A stretch of 64,000 bases of DNA. Origin: Acidimicrobiia bacterium. GTDB lineage: Bacteria; Actinomycetota; Acidimicrobiia; Spongiisociales; ZC4RG35. Positions within the stretch are counted from its first letter, which is position 1. Each line of letters begins with the position of its first letter. A program made the position numbers and the translations under genes. The stretch covers positions 800,001 through 864,000 of the forward strand of contig OZ244034.1 in the NCBI GenBank assembly GCA_965215185.1. Direction: 5' to 3'. Shown piece after piece: positions 10,558 through 19,010 of the stretch. The notes under the pieces are model-generated. The model ran no database searches and was not told the origin of the DNA. It saw only the letters and a list, made by a program, of their open reading frames with translations.

Positions 10558-10597
10558 GGTGCCGAGAGTGCGATTCGAACCCACACGGAATGGCCCC
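10558..10597 (-). repeat. degenerate copy of tRNA-Leu 3' end (att-like)
   Basis: ggtgccgagagtgcgattcgaacccacacggaatggcccc vs tRNA ggtgccgggagcgggattcgaacccgcacggagttgcccc. Confidence 0.8.
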
Positions 10598-11141
10598 ACG
10601 TAGCCGGGTGCAGTCTGGGTTTGTGTCACCAGCGCCCGGTTTGGAAGGACCGGCAGGGTTACGGGATACAGCCTGGCACCAAGGTCCGCTGGCTCCGAGA
10701 AAGACATATGCTCGTTCTATGCCTTTACCAGGCAAAGCCGCCGTTTTCTATATCCTTGGCAGATCAACCATGATCGACCAGCAGGCGGCCAGATTGCCGT
10801 GTTCCGGACCAACCTTCTCCCCTCGGACAGGCCACCGCCAATGACGGGGCTTTGTTCACCCTGTTGAGCCGGTTCCTCAACCACCATCCCGACCCAGCGG
10901 GCGTAGCCACCGGCCCTCTCAACGCAACAGTCGACACCTACGCTCCGACGGCGGCCGCGCTGATTCCTCGGGAACTCCGTCTCAAGGTCGTCAGACCCGC
11001 GCGTGATAGAGCCGGCAGCGAGGGACGAGGAAATGTCAACGCTTCCCAGTTAACGGGCGATTGTCCCGCCGTTGGTGACGGAACCGTTCACCGGCGTGTC
11101 GTTCGACCCCGGGGAGGTCTCCCTAGCCAGACGGACCGATC

Positions 11142-12351
11142 ATGAGGACTAACCGCGGACCGCGACCTCGGACCATGCGCGAGCGGGAGTTCATCGCCAT
11201 CCTGGCCGCCATCAGCGCCACAACGGCGCTGGGGATCGACATGGCGCTTCCGGCCTTCACCGACATCCGGCTCGGGTTTGGGCTCGCTCCCGACTCACCT
11301 CGGGTGGCGCTCACGGTTACCGTTTACCTTCTGGGCCTGGCCGGCGCCCAGTTGTTGTACGGCCCATTCACAGATCGGTTTGGCCGCAAACCGGTGCTCT
11401 ACACGGGCCTTGGCCTCTACGTTCTCGGCGCCCTGGGCTCAGCCCTCTCTCCGACCTTCGGGGTACTGATCGCCAGCCGTTTCATCTGGGGCGTCGGCGC
11501 CGCCGGACCCCGCGCCCTTACCCTGGCAATCGGCCGCGACTTGTACGAAGGAGATCGGCTCGCTCGCGTTCTGGCTGTCGTTGCCTCAATGTTCATGATC
11601 GTCCCGGCATTCGCTCCGTTACTCGGTCAGGCCGTGCTGAGCGTCGGGTCATGGCGTTGGGTCATGGCTGCCCCGGCAGCGGTGATACTGGTGTTGGCTT
11701 TCTGGCTCATCCGGCTCCCGGAGTCCCTCCCTAGGGAACGGCGTCGTCCCCTAACCCTCGACCGCACTCGCGAGGCCTTCGCGGCAATCTTCACCAATAG
11801 GGTCACCACCGGGTCAGCGCTGGCGGTCATGTTCGACTTCGGCGCCTTCGCTGCGTTCCTGGAGCAGCCAACTCCTCTTCGACGATGTGTACGGCCGGGG
11901 CGACCAGTTCGCCTACTACTTTGCCGGGATGAGCGTGGTCATGGGGGTGGTGATCTTCGCAGGCAGCCGGCAGGTGAAGAGGGTCGGCGCCGACCGGGTT
12001 ATCGTCGTAGTCGTGCCGGTAGCGGTGATACTGGCGGTAGGCGTCGCTCTGTGGTCGTGGCAGGCCGACGGGCGGCCGGCGTTCTTCGTCTGGTTCGCTC
12101 TGATCACCGTGATCAATTCCCTCCGAACGCTCGCTAATCCGCTGCTGCAAGCTCAGGCTATGGAGCCGATGGGCGAGCTGGCCGGGACAGCGGCCGCCGT
12201 GATCGGTACGCTCTCGTTGGGGGGCGGTGCAGTGCTCGCCAGCTTCGTCGACCGGGCCATCGCCGGATCGGTCACGCCGCTGGCTGTGGCCTACGCCGGT
12301 TACGGAGCGATCAGCCTCATCTTCACCTTCTGGGCCCGGCGATACCGATAG
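11142..12351 (+). pseudogene. Bcr/CflA family MFS efflux transporter, frameshifted near 11862
   Basis: IDMALPAF, GPFTDRFGRKPVL in the first frame; TM helices continue in a second frame (SSQLLFDDVYG...AMEPMGELAGTAAAVIG). Confidence 0.8.
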
Positions 12352-12418
12352 ACAGAAAAAACGCGGCATTACGACCCACACTTGTCCCGACCTGCCCGGA
12401 GAGGAAAGTGGGGGAGCG

Positions 12419-13618
12419 TTACTTCCCGGGCCGTCGGCCACTCCATACGGCGCGGGGTAGCCGCTTTTGTTTGTCGACGAATGGAAGAGTATCCACGGTC
12501 GCCTCGTGGGGCGTTCCATCGTGGTCGAGCAAGTAGACCGTCTTGCCGAACCAGTCGTCACCCAACAAGGGCCGATCAAAACGCACATAACCGACTCCTG
12601 TGTCCAGCGTGGGTGACCACGTTCCAATCGTCACATGTCCAACCGGGCCGTTCTCGAAGTGGACGTGCATACCGGCATCCGGCGCAGCGGTTGGGCAGAC
12701 CAGGCCAAACAGGAGCTGGCTGCGATCGGCCGGTTCCAACGCGGCCCGGCCGATGAAGTCTTCTTTGTCAAGTCTGACAAAATGCCCAAGGCCTGCACCA
12801 AACGGCGTCAAGTCCGGCTCAATATCACTGCCGTTGTCAAGAATCCCAGACTCGATACGGCGAATACCCATTGATGATGACGAGCTGAAGTTCATGTCAA
12901 AGGACTCACCGCAGGCGAACAGATCGTCCCAGAGGGCGTGATGATCTGTCGGTTCTGGGCCGCTATTGCAGTAGATCTCAATTCCCACCTCCCCTGTCCA
13001 CCCGGTACGCGAGACCCACAGCCTTTGGCCGCAAACGTCAAAGAAGCCAGCGCGAAAATACTTGAAATCGGCCGATAGCCCACCGCCAATCGCCGCATCG
13101 AGCACATCAAGCGACTTTGGCCCCTGAATCTGCAGCACCCGCGAATTCGGATCAGAGACTGTTACATCAAGCCCAATGGAGTGTGCCTTGAGCCAGCTCG
13201 TGAACTCACCGTTTGCCTGTACATACCAGTAGCGATCTTGCCCGAGGCGCATGACGACGCCATCCATGAGAACAGTGCCATCTTCATTGCAGGCGATGCC
13301 GTAGCGGACTCGGCCTACTGCGAGTGTCTCTACTTTGCACGTGAGGACTCTCTCGAGCAGTCTGGCGGCATCTGGACCAATGATCTCAAGCGGTTTCTCC
13401 GGAACGTCGTACAACTGGACGTCCTGGCGCAATTTCCAATACTGAGGAATGGGGTCCTCGTCATGGGTGGTCTTGAGGGGATACAGGCGATCGCAGTACA
13501 CGCCGAAAATCGTCTGATCAGTGACGTATCGGTCGGCAAAGGGCGACTGGCTGAGTCGATACGAACTTAACCGGACTGTATCGAACGACTCAATGTAGAA
13601 GTGTTCGCCCCCTGTCAT
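12419..13618 (-). CDS. aminomethyltransferase family (GcvT/DmdA-like folate-dependent demethylase)
   Basis: YDVPEKPLEIIGPDA, DGVVMRL, QIQGPKS, SRTGWTGEVGIEIY, RRIESGILD. Confidence 0.88.
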   Translation of the reverse strand: MTGGEHFYIESFDTVRLSSYRLSQSPFADRYVTDQTIFGVYCDRLYPLKTTHDEDPIPQYWKLRQDVQLYDVPEKPLEIIGPDAARLLERVLTCKVETLAVGRVRYGIACNEDGTVLMDGVVMRLGQDRYWYVQANGEFTSWLKAHSIGLDVTVSDPNSRVLQIQGPKSLDVLDAAIGGGLSADFKYFRAGFFDVCGQRLWVSRTGWTGEVGIEIYCNSGPEPTDHHALWDDLFACGESFDMNFSSSSSMGIRRIESGILDNGSDIEPDLTPFGAGLGHFVRLDKEDFIGRAALEPADRSQLLFGLVCPTAAPDAGMHVHFENGPVGHVTIGTWSPTLDTGVGYVRFDRPLLGDDWFGKTVYLLDHDGTPHEATVDTLPFVDKQKRLPRAVWSGRRPGK

Positions 13619-13758
13619 CTATACCTCAAGTCCTGGGGGAGCGGCGGACTCATGGTAGCAGATCATCTTTAGTAAAACCTGGAGTCCCAGAATTATCCTC
13701 ACCCTGAACTCCAATGAGGAGGGCGCCCTGATTCGGGACCGGTAGGGAACCGCCCCCC

Positions 13759-13799
13759 GTGCTGGGAGTGGAAATTCGAAACCTCCACCGAGTTGCCCC
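13759..13799 (-). repeat. second, more degenerate copy of tRNA-Leu 3' end (att-like)
   Basis: gtgctgggagtggaaattcgaaacctccaccgagttgcccc aligns to the tRNA-Leu(CAA) 3' half with several mismatches and two 1-nt insertions. Confidence 0.65.
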
Positions 13800-14087
13800 G
13801 GACCAACCCGAAATCATTTATCCGACCTGGACTCTGTTGGAGCGTGGGGTGGCTTAACCGCAGATGGGTGGCAGACGGCGCCGCAACCCACGACGGACAC
13901 GTACCCCAAACGAATACGAGAGAATTCACTACTACAACACAACCGTAACACCACTGATCCAAGTGGGCTGACTCAGCAATACCGGTCACCGCCATCCATG
14001 GAAAAGTCAGGGCTAGAGTTCGGGAAGACCAAGACGAGGGGTCCCGCGCAACGCGATGGTTCGTGGGCGGAGAAGGCAGGTGTGACC

Positions 14088-15002
14088 GTGTCGAGAGCCA
14101 TAGAGACCGCAGGTCTCACCAAGTACTACGGGGAAACGGCGGGCATCGTCGATCTGGATCTGGCGGTGAATGTTGGTGAGGTGTTCGGCTTTATCGGTCC
14201 GAACGGGGCGGGCAAGACCACCACCATCCGCCTGCTGCTGAATTTCCTTCGCCCCTCCGCAGGCTCAGGGTCCATCTTCGGTATGGACATCGCACACCAG
14301 TCACTGGAGATCCGCAGCCGGATCGGGTACCTGCCTGGCGACCTGGCGGTTTATCCCTCCATGACCGGTCGGGAGTTCCTGCTCTACTTCAGCAGATTGA
14401 GAGGCATCGACACAGCCGCCACCACGGAGAGGTTGGCGGAGCGTTTCGAATTGGACCTCGACCGGCGTATCAGGGAGTACTCGAAGGGCAACCGCCAGAA
14501 AGTGGGCGTGATCAACGCCTTCATGCACGAGCCGGAACTGCTGATCCTCGACGAACCCACCGGTGGTCTTGACCCCCTCATGCAACAGGAGTTTTCTGAA
14601 CTGCTGGCCGAGGTTCGAGAGGAGGGACGCACGGTGTTTTTGTCCTCCCATTACCTTCCGGAGGTGGAGCGGGTGGCCGACCGGGTGGGGATAGTCCGTA
14701 ACGGCCGTCTCATCGACATGGACACCCTTGCCGGGTTCAGGTCGAAGGTCCAGTCCAACCTGTCGATCAAGTTCGGATCCGCGGTTGACCCGGGCCCGTT
14801 CGCGGCGCTAGAAGGGGTGAACGTGATCGATCTACGCGACGGTGGCACCCTGTTGCGGCTCAGCATCGCCGGATCCCAGCAAGCGGTGATAGCGGCAGCG
14901 GCTGCCAGGGACGTGATAACCGTCACCTCAGAAGAGGCCGATCTCGACGAGGTGTTCCTCTCCTACTACGGGTCCCACACCCATCCGGACTTGGCGGGCT
15001 GA
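14088..15002 (+). CDS. ABC-2 type transporter ATP-binding protein
   Basis: Walker A GPNGAGKTT, YSKGNRQK signature, LLILDEPT, SSH; start uncertain (13998-14088). Confidence 0.92.
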   Translation: MSRAIETAGLTKYYGETAGIVDLDLAVNVGEVFGFIGPNGAGKTTTIRLLLNFLRPSAGSGSIFGMDIAHQSLEIRSRIGYLPGDLAVYPSMTGREFLLYFSRLRGIDTAATTERLAERFELDLDRRIREYSKGNRQKVGVINAFMHEPELLILDEPTGGLDPLMQQEFSELLAEVREEGRTVFLSSHYLPEVERVADRVGIVRNGRLIDMDTLAGFRSKVQSNLSIKFGSAVDPGPFAALEGVNVIDLRDGGTLLRLSIAGSQQAVIAAAAARDVITVTSEEADLDEVFLSYYGSHTHPDLAG

Positions 15003-15005
15003 ACC

Positions 15006-16682
15006 ATGATTCCCGCCATCCTTAGCAAGGCCCTCCGTGACCGCCGGCGAGCAGTCATGGGGTACGGCCTGGGTTTGGCTGTGCTCGCCACCTGGTTGGG
15101 CTTGTTGTTTCCGGTGATGCGCGAATCTGACGACTTCGTCGAGTTTATGGAGAACCTCCCTACCCAGTTGATGTCTGCATTCGGGATAGACTCCTCCACC
15201 TTTCTTTCCGCCGCGGGCTTCCTCACCGCCTACCTTTACACACTGTTCGCGCCCCTGCTCATCCTTTCCTTCGTCATCAGCGCGGTCGTCGCCGAGGTCA
15301 TGGCCGAGGAACGAGACGGACTAGTGGACATGTTGCTCTCATCGCCTGTGTCCCGAACCCGAGTCTTTCTGGAAAAGGTCGGAGGTGTGGGCCTAGCGGC
15401 TCTGGCGCTGGTGGCTGTCCTGACCGGGGCTCTGCTCGTCGTAAATCCGATCTTCGATTTGTCCCTTTCGGTGACCGGTGTGCTGGCCGCGGGTCTCTCC
15501 CTATGGTTGCTAGGCGTCGTGTTTGGGGCGGTGACGCTGGTAGCGGGCACGTTCACCGGCCGCAGTGCTGCGGCGGGCGGAGTGGCGGGCTCCTTGGCGT
15601 TCCTGGCCTGGTTCATCAATGGCTTCTCCGATCTATTCCCTCCTCTACAGAGCATCGATTGGGCCAGCCCGTTCACCTGGTACCAAGAACCCAGTCCACT
15701 TCTCCAGGGTTTCGGCGCCGGGCAGCTGTGGTTGGCGATAACGGCTGCGTTGCTGATGACGGTGGCCACCTTCCTGTTCCGACGCCGTGACCTCGCCACC
15801 GAGCGCGCGGTGCTTCCGGAAATCAAGGCCCTCCGACGTTCTCGTAAACGGAGGCACCGACCCCGGGCGGCGTGGCTGTTAACCGGGTTTTTTCGCAAGA
15901 CCATCTGGGATCGTCGGCACTCCGTTTGGGGTTGGGGCGGCGGTCTTGGACTCTTGACGCTGGTCATGTTCTCCGCCTGGCCGGCCCTCGCTGAGGATGC
16001 CGAGGCCCTGTCGGGTCTCATCAGCTCCCTTCCTCGAGAGGTCTTCGCCATGTTCGGCATGAGCGACCCGGAGGCGATAGTCACCGCGGCCGGGTTCATT
16101 TCCTCGCGCACCTACCAGGCTATCGGTCCGATTCTGATCGTCATGTTTGTGGTCAGGGGAGTCTCGATGGCGATGGTCAAGGAGGAGAGCGACGGCCTTT
16201 TCGACGTGGTGCTCTCCGTCCCATCCTCCCGCAGAACGGTTATTGCGAACAAGGCGCTGGGAGTGGTGTTCTCAACCGGCCTGGTGGTTGCGGTCCTTAC
16301 GGTTGCGGCGCTGCTGGGCGACTCCGCTTGGGAGACCGAACTGGGCACTGGAAGGATCCTCGCCGCTGGGGCAGGTCTGGGCCTTCTCGGCCTGTTCTTC
16401 GGCGGGTTGACAATGGCGATCTGGGCAATAGGGGGTTCCTCTTTCCCGGTCGTTCGGGTCTCCGCAGTGGTGGCAATGGCCACCTTCCTGCTGAACGGTC
16501 TCGGTTCCCTCAGCGACGCTCTGGAACCCGCCCGGGTGATCTCTCCCTTCTACTGGTATTTCGGAGACACTCCACCGCTCGCTAAGGGCTTTGAACCGAC
16601 CTACTTTCTACTCCTCGCCGGTGCTCTCGTCATGGGTTGGGTTGCCATCAACCGCATCGAGCACAGAGATATTGCCACCTGA
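15006..16682 (+). CDS. ABC-2 type permease, two fused permease units
   Basis: Internal duplication KALRDRRRAVMGYGLGL / KTIWDRRHSVWGWGGGL; EERDG / EESDG; SPFTWY / SPFYWY. Confidence 0.88.
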   Translation: MIPAILSKALRDRRRAVMGYGLGLAVLATWLGLLFPVMRESDDFVEFMENLPTQLMSAFGIDSSTFLSAAGFLTAYLYTLFAPLLILSFVISAVVAEVMAEERDGLVDMLLSSPVSRTRVFLEKVGGVGLAALALVAVLTGALLVVNPIFDLSLSVTGVLAAGLSLWLLGVVFGAVTLVAGTFTGRSAAAGGVAGSLAFLAWFINGFSDLFPPLQSIDWASPFTWYQEPSPLLQGFGAGQLWLAITAALLMTVATFLFRRRDLATERAVLPEIKALRRSRKRRHRPRAAWLLTGFFRKTIWDRRHSVWGWGGGLGLLTLVMFSAWPALAEDAEALSGLISSLPREVFAMFGMSDPEAIVTAAGFISSRTYQAIGPILIVMFVVRGVSMAMVKEESDGLFDVVLSVPSSRRTVIANKALGVVFSTGLVVAVLTVAALLGDSAWETELGTGRILAAGAGLGLLGLFFGGLTMAIWAIGGSSFPVVRVSAVVAMATFLLNGLGSLSDALEPARVISPFYWYFGDTPPLAKGFEPTYFLLLAGALVMGWVAINRIEHRDIAT

Positions 16683-16992
16683 TCAGGCTGGCCCCATTCT
16701 TCATGAGCGTTGACGGTGGGGGCCGGTGGTTGACGCGGGAATGCCCTCCTGACGTGGAATTATGGGTAGTGACGAATTGCTTCTTGACCATTGACTTAGA
16801 TCCAAACGCATCAGCCAAGGAAAAACCCCCCACCAAACCTCGAGAACTCGCCCCAACCCCAAACGTGCCGTGAAGATTCGGGTTGCCACCCGCCCAGTGC
16901 CCAAAGAACAGATCCGGTGCCCTGCTGGTCGAGGTAGGACATAGAGACTTGCAAACTTGCACGAGACGGACGCGTCTAACTGGTGAACGGCA

Positions 16993-17212
16993 GAAGCCTG
17001 TATACATGTTTGTGTGAGGTGGGTTCTCTATTGCTGTGGCTGGTGTGAGAGCCGGCCCGAGAGGAGAGTGTCGTGATGCCTATTGGACATGATGTGACGG
17101 AGGCCGCTGGTGTGGTGTCTGATGAGGTGGTGGAGGCGGTGGTTTCGGACGCTGCCGCGGGTGGTGTGGACCTTTTGGGTCCTGATGGGGTGTTGGCGGA
17201 GTTGACGAAGCG
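16993..17212 (+). mobile_element. IS256-family left end with truncated transposase N-terminus
   Basis: IR-like gaagcctgtatacatgtttgtgtg, RBS gaggag, ORF from 17076 MPIGHDV...GVDLLGPDGVLAELTKR then breaks off. Confidence 0.7.
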
Positions 17213-17425
17213 TTCCGCCGGTTCCTAACCACCGCCATCATGCCATTGGGCGACCAAATAGCCCAAGAACTCACGTCCAAACTGGAAACGCCCATCGAGT
17301 TCGACTTCACCCACCTCTACGCCCACGACCTCGTCGGCCGCACCCAAGCGTTCGACCGGCTCATATCGGGCGGAGTGGACGTGGCGAGGGCGCTAGCAAT
17401 CTCTGGGCTGGCAATGGGAGAGTAG
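17207..17425 (+). pseudogene. C-terminal fragment of a phage portal-like protein
   Basis: EAFRRFLTTAIMPLGDQIAQELTSKLETPIEFDFTHLYAHDLVGRTQAFDRLISGG resembles the C-terminus of HK97-type portals. Confidence 0.6.
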
Positions 17426-17450
17426 AGAGACTTAGGCAGACCCTTTCTCT

Positions 17451-18038
17451 CTATGTCGAAAAGTACACTAAGTTGATGCGCGCCTTCGTTCGAATACGAT
17501 CCAAGGCCTGAGCAGAGGGGTCCGTCCTTTCAATGATCTCGCGGACCTCCCACACCCACGTTCTCTCTTCCTCTTCAAACAGAGAAACATAATCATCTAG
17601 GTAGGGGTCGAGTCCTCGTAGTTTGCCTGCTAACCCTGCGGGCAGGGCATGGAATTGATCCCGGTCTCCTTCCTCCTTAGCGTCATGTATCGCCGCGATG
17701 TCGTCTTGACACTCCTGCCAGATCTTCACCGCCAGCTGGTGTTTCTCTTCGCAGTTTTGGCGTTCCCTTTCCCGTTTCTTATCGAGGTCTTCTCTTGCCT
17801 GGCGGCGCTCTCTCTGGCGCGCATCGAATTCGGCCCACAGATTCAAGCTGAGCAATGCCAACGCCACCGAAACCGCTATCCAGCCGATGACAACGAAGAA
17901 CCACACTGCGTGGTACTGCCAGCCGGACATCAACGGTCCCGTCTCCACGGTGACGTTGCTGAGTGCCCAAACCACTATTGCGGAGACGATGGCCGCGACG
18001 AGCTGGTTCTTGGTCAAGCGTTTGATTCTCTTCCCCAT
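17451..18038 (-). CDS. hypothetical membrane protein (2 TM helices plus charged coiled coil)
   Basis: MGKRIKRL start downstream of the tRNA; two hydrophobic segments then QRERRQAREDLDKKRERERQ. Confidence 0.6.
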   Translation of the reverse strand: MGKRIKRLTKNQLVAAIVSAIVVWALSNVTVETGPLMSGWQYHAVWFFVVIGWIAVSVALALLSLNLWAEFDARQRERRQAREDLDKKRERERQNCEEKHQLAVKIWQECQDDIAAIHDAKEEGDRDQFHALPAGLAGKLRGLDPYLDDYVSLFEEEERTWVWEVREIIERTDPSAQALDRIRTKARINLVYFST

Positions 18039-18156
18039 AGTTACATATTTTGGTGGTTGTCTAACAACATTCGCAACCACCACGTTCGATTGTGGTAACC
18101 AACGAGGTAACGAAATAACGTAAATGCGCCCTGACTGCGGCGTTACACGTTTCAGA

Positions 18157-18243
18157 GGTGCCGGGAGCGGGATTCGAACCCGCACGGAGTTGCCCCCAAT
18201 GGATTTTGAGTCCACCGCGTCTGCCTGATTTCGCCATCCCGGC
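18157..18243 (-). tRNA. tRNA-Leu(CAA)
   Basis: gccgggatggcgaaatcaggcagacgcggtggactCAAaatccatt...gggttcgaatcccgctcccggcacc; long variable arm; TACAAT -10-like box upstream. Confidence 0.96.
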
Positions 18244-18710
18244 CTGTTCCCGCAGATTGTAGGGCGCAACGCCAACCCAATGCTCTCGATAATCGTGAAC
18301 GCGCCAACCCGAACTGTGCCATCCGCACCGCTCACGACCTCCTTGAACTCCGCCGCCACCCCGCGCTCCGCCTCCGCCGTTCCGTTCAGATTCTTTCGGT
18401 TGGGCGGGTGTCTTCCGGAAAATGGGTGTTGGCCTTCGGCTAGTTGCTGATTCCGGTTGGCCAAGAGGTCGCTTGCCGGAGGATGCTCTTTGCGTGGATG
18501 ATCGCTCCGGTCCGGACCGCGGGCGATATTTGTGAACTCATCAATTTGTAACACCGGCGGGACATTCTTCAAGTCATCACTGGGGTTCTTGCGAACAACT
18601 CCTAACACCTCGCCTTCCCTCGACAGAACCTCCGTCGGCGGCCAGGCTGCTTGGATTGATTCCACACCCCATAGCAGAAGGATTCGTGTCATCCGATATG
18701 CTCAATCGCC

Positions 18711-19010
18711 ATGAGAAAGCGCCGCCTCTCCAAACAGCTATTCGTGGTGAACGAGCGGCTGCTCCTTCTCGCTGAGGAAGAGGCGCAGGTCTCCGCGGAG
18801 TTGGACTACCACCGCCATTTGGCCGATGACGCAGTGCGGGACGCGGCAGTCTACGACTCCTCTCTTCACCGGGATGAGGCGGATCGGGCCCTGGCGGATG
18901 TCGATCGATTTGAACGGGCCTTGAAAGATATCGACCATCGCCGGGAGATTCTCGAGTTCAAGCGGGATCGTCTGCTGGGACGGATGGATTCTTATGAGGA
19001 TCTGTTCTGA
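18711..19010 (+). CDS. hypothetical coiled-coil protein
   Basis: Helical charged 99-aa ORF whose stop overlaps the polA start (TGATG). Confidence 0.8.
   Translation: MRKRRLSKQLFVVNERLLLLAEEEAQVSAELDYHRHLADDAVRDAAVYDSSLHRDEADRALADVDRFERALKDIDHRREILEFKRDRLLGRMDSYEDLF

Larger units (their letters stand above)
10558..18200. mobile_element. decayed tandem genomic-island array integrated at the tRNA-Leu(CAA) 3' end
   Basis: Bounded by the tRNA and by degenerate direct copies of its 3' half at 10558 and 13759; holds IS256 and portal remnants and a frameshifted gene; no intact integrase. Confidence 0.65.

Noticed and set aside
17451-18692. 413-aa ORF in the track
   Set aside because: It reads through the tRNA-Leu gene; only the part from ATG 18038 looks like protein
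18244-18710. Long spacer upstream of tRNA-Leu(CAA) as an ncRNA
   Set aside because: It is a divergent promoter region and I could not find a convincing structure or known motif
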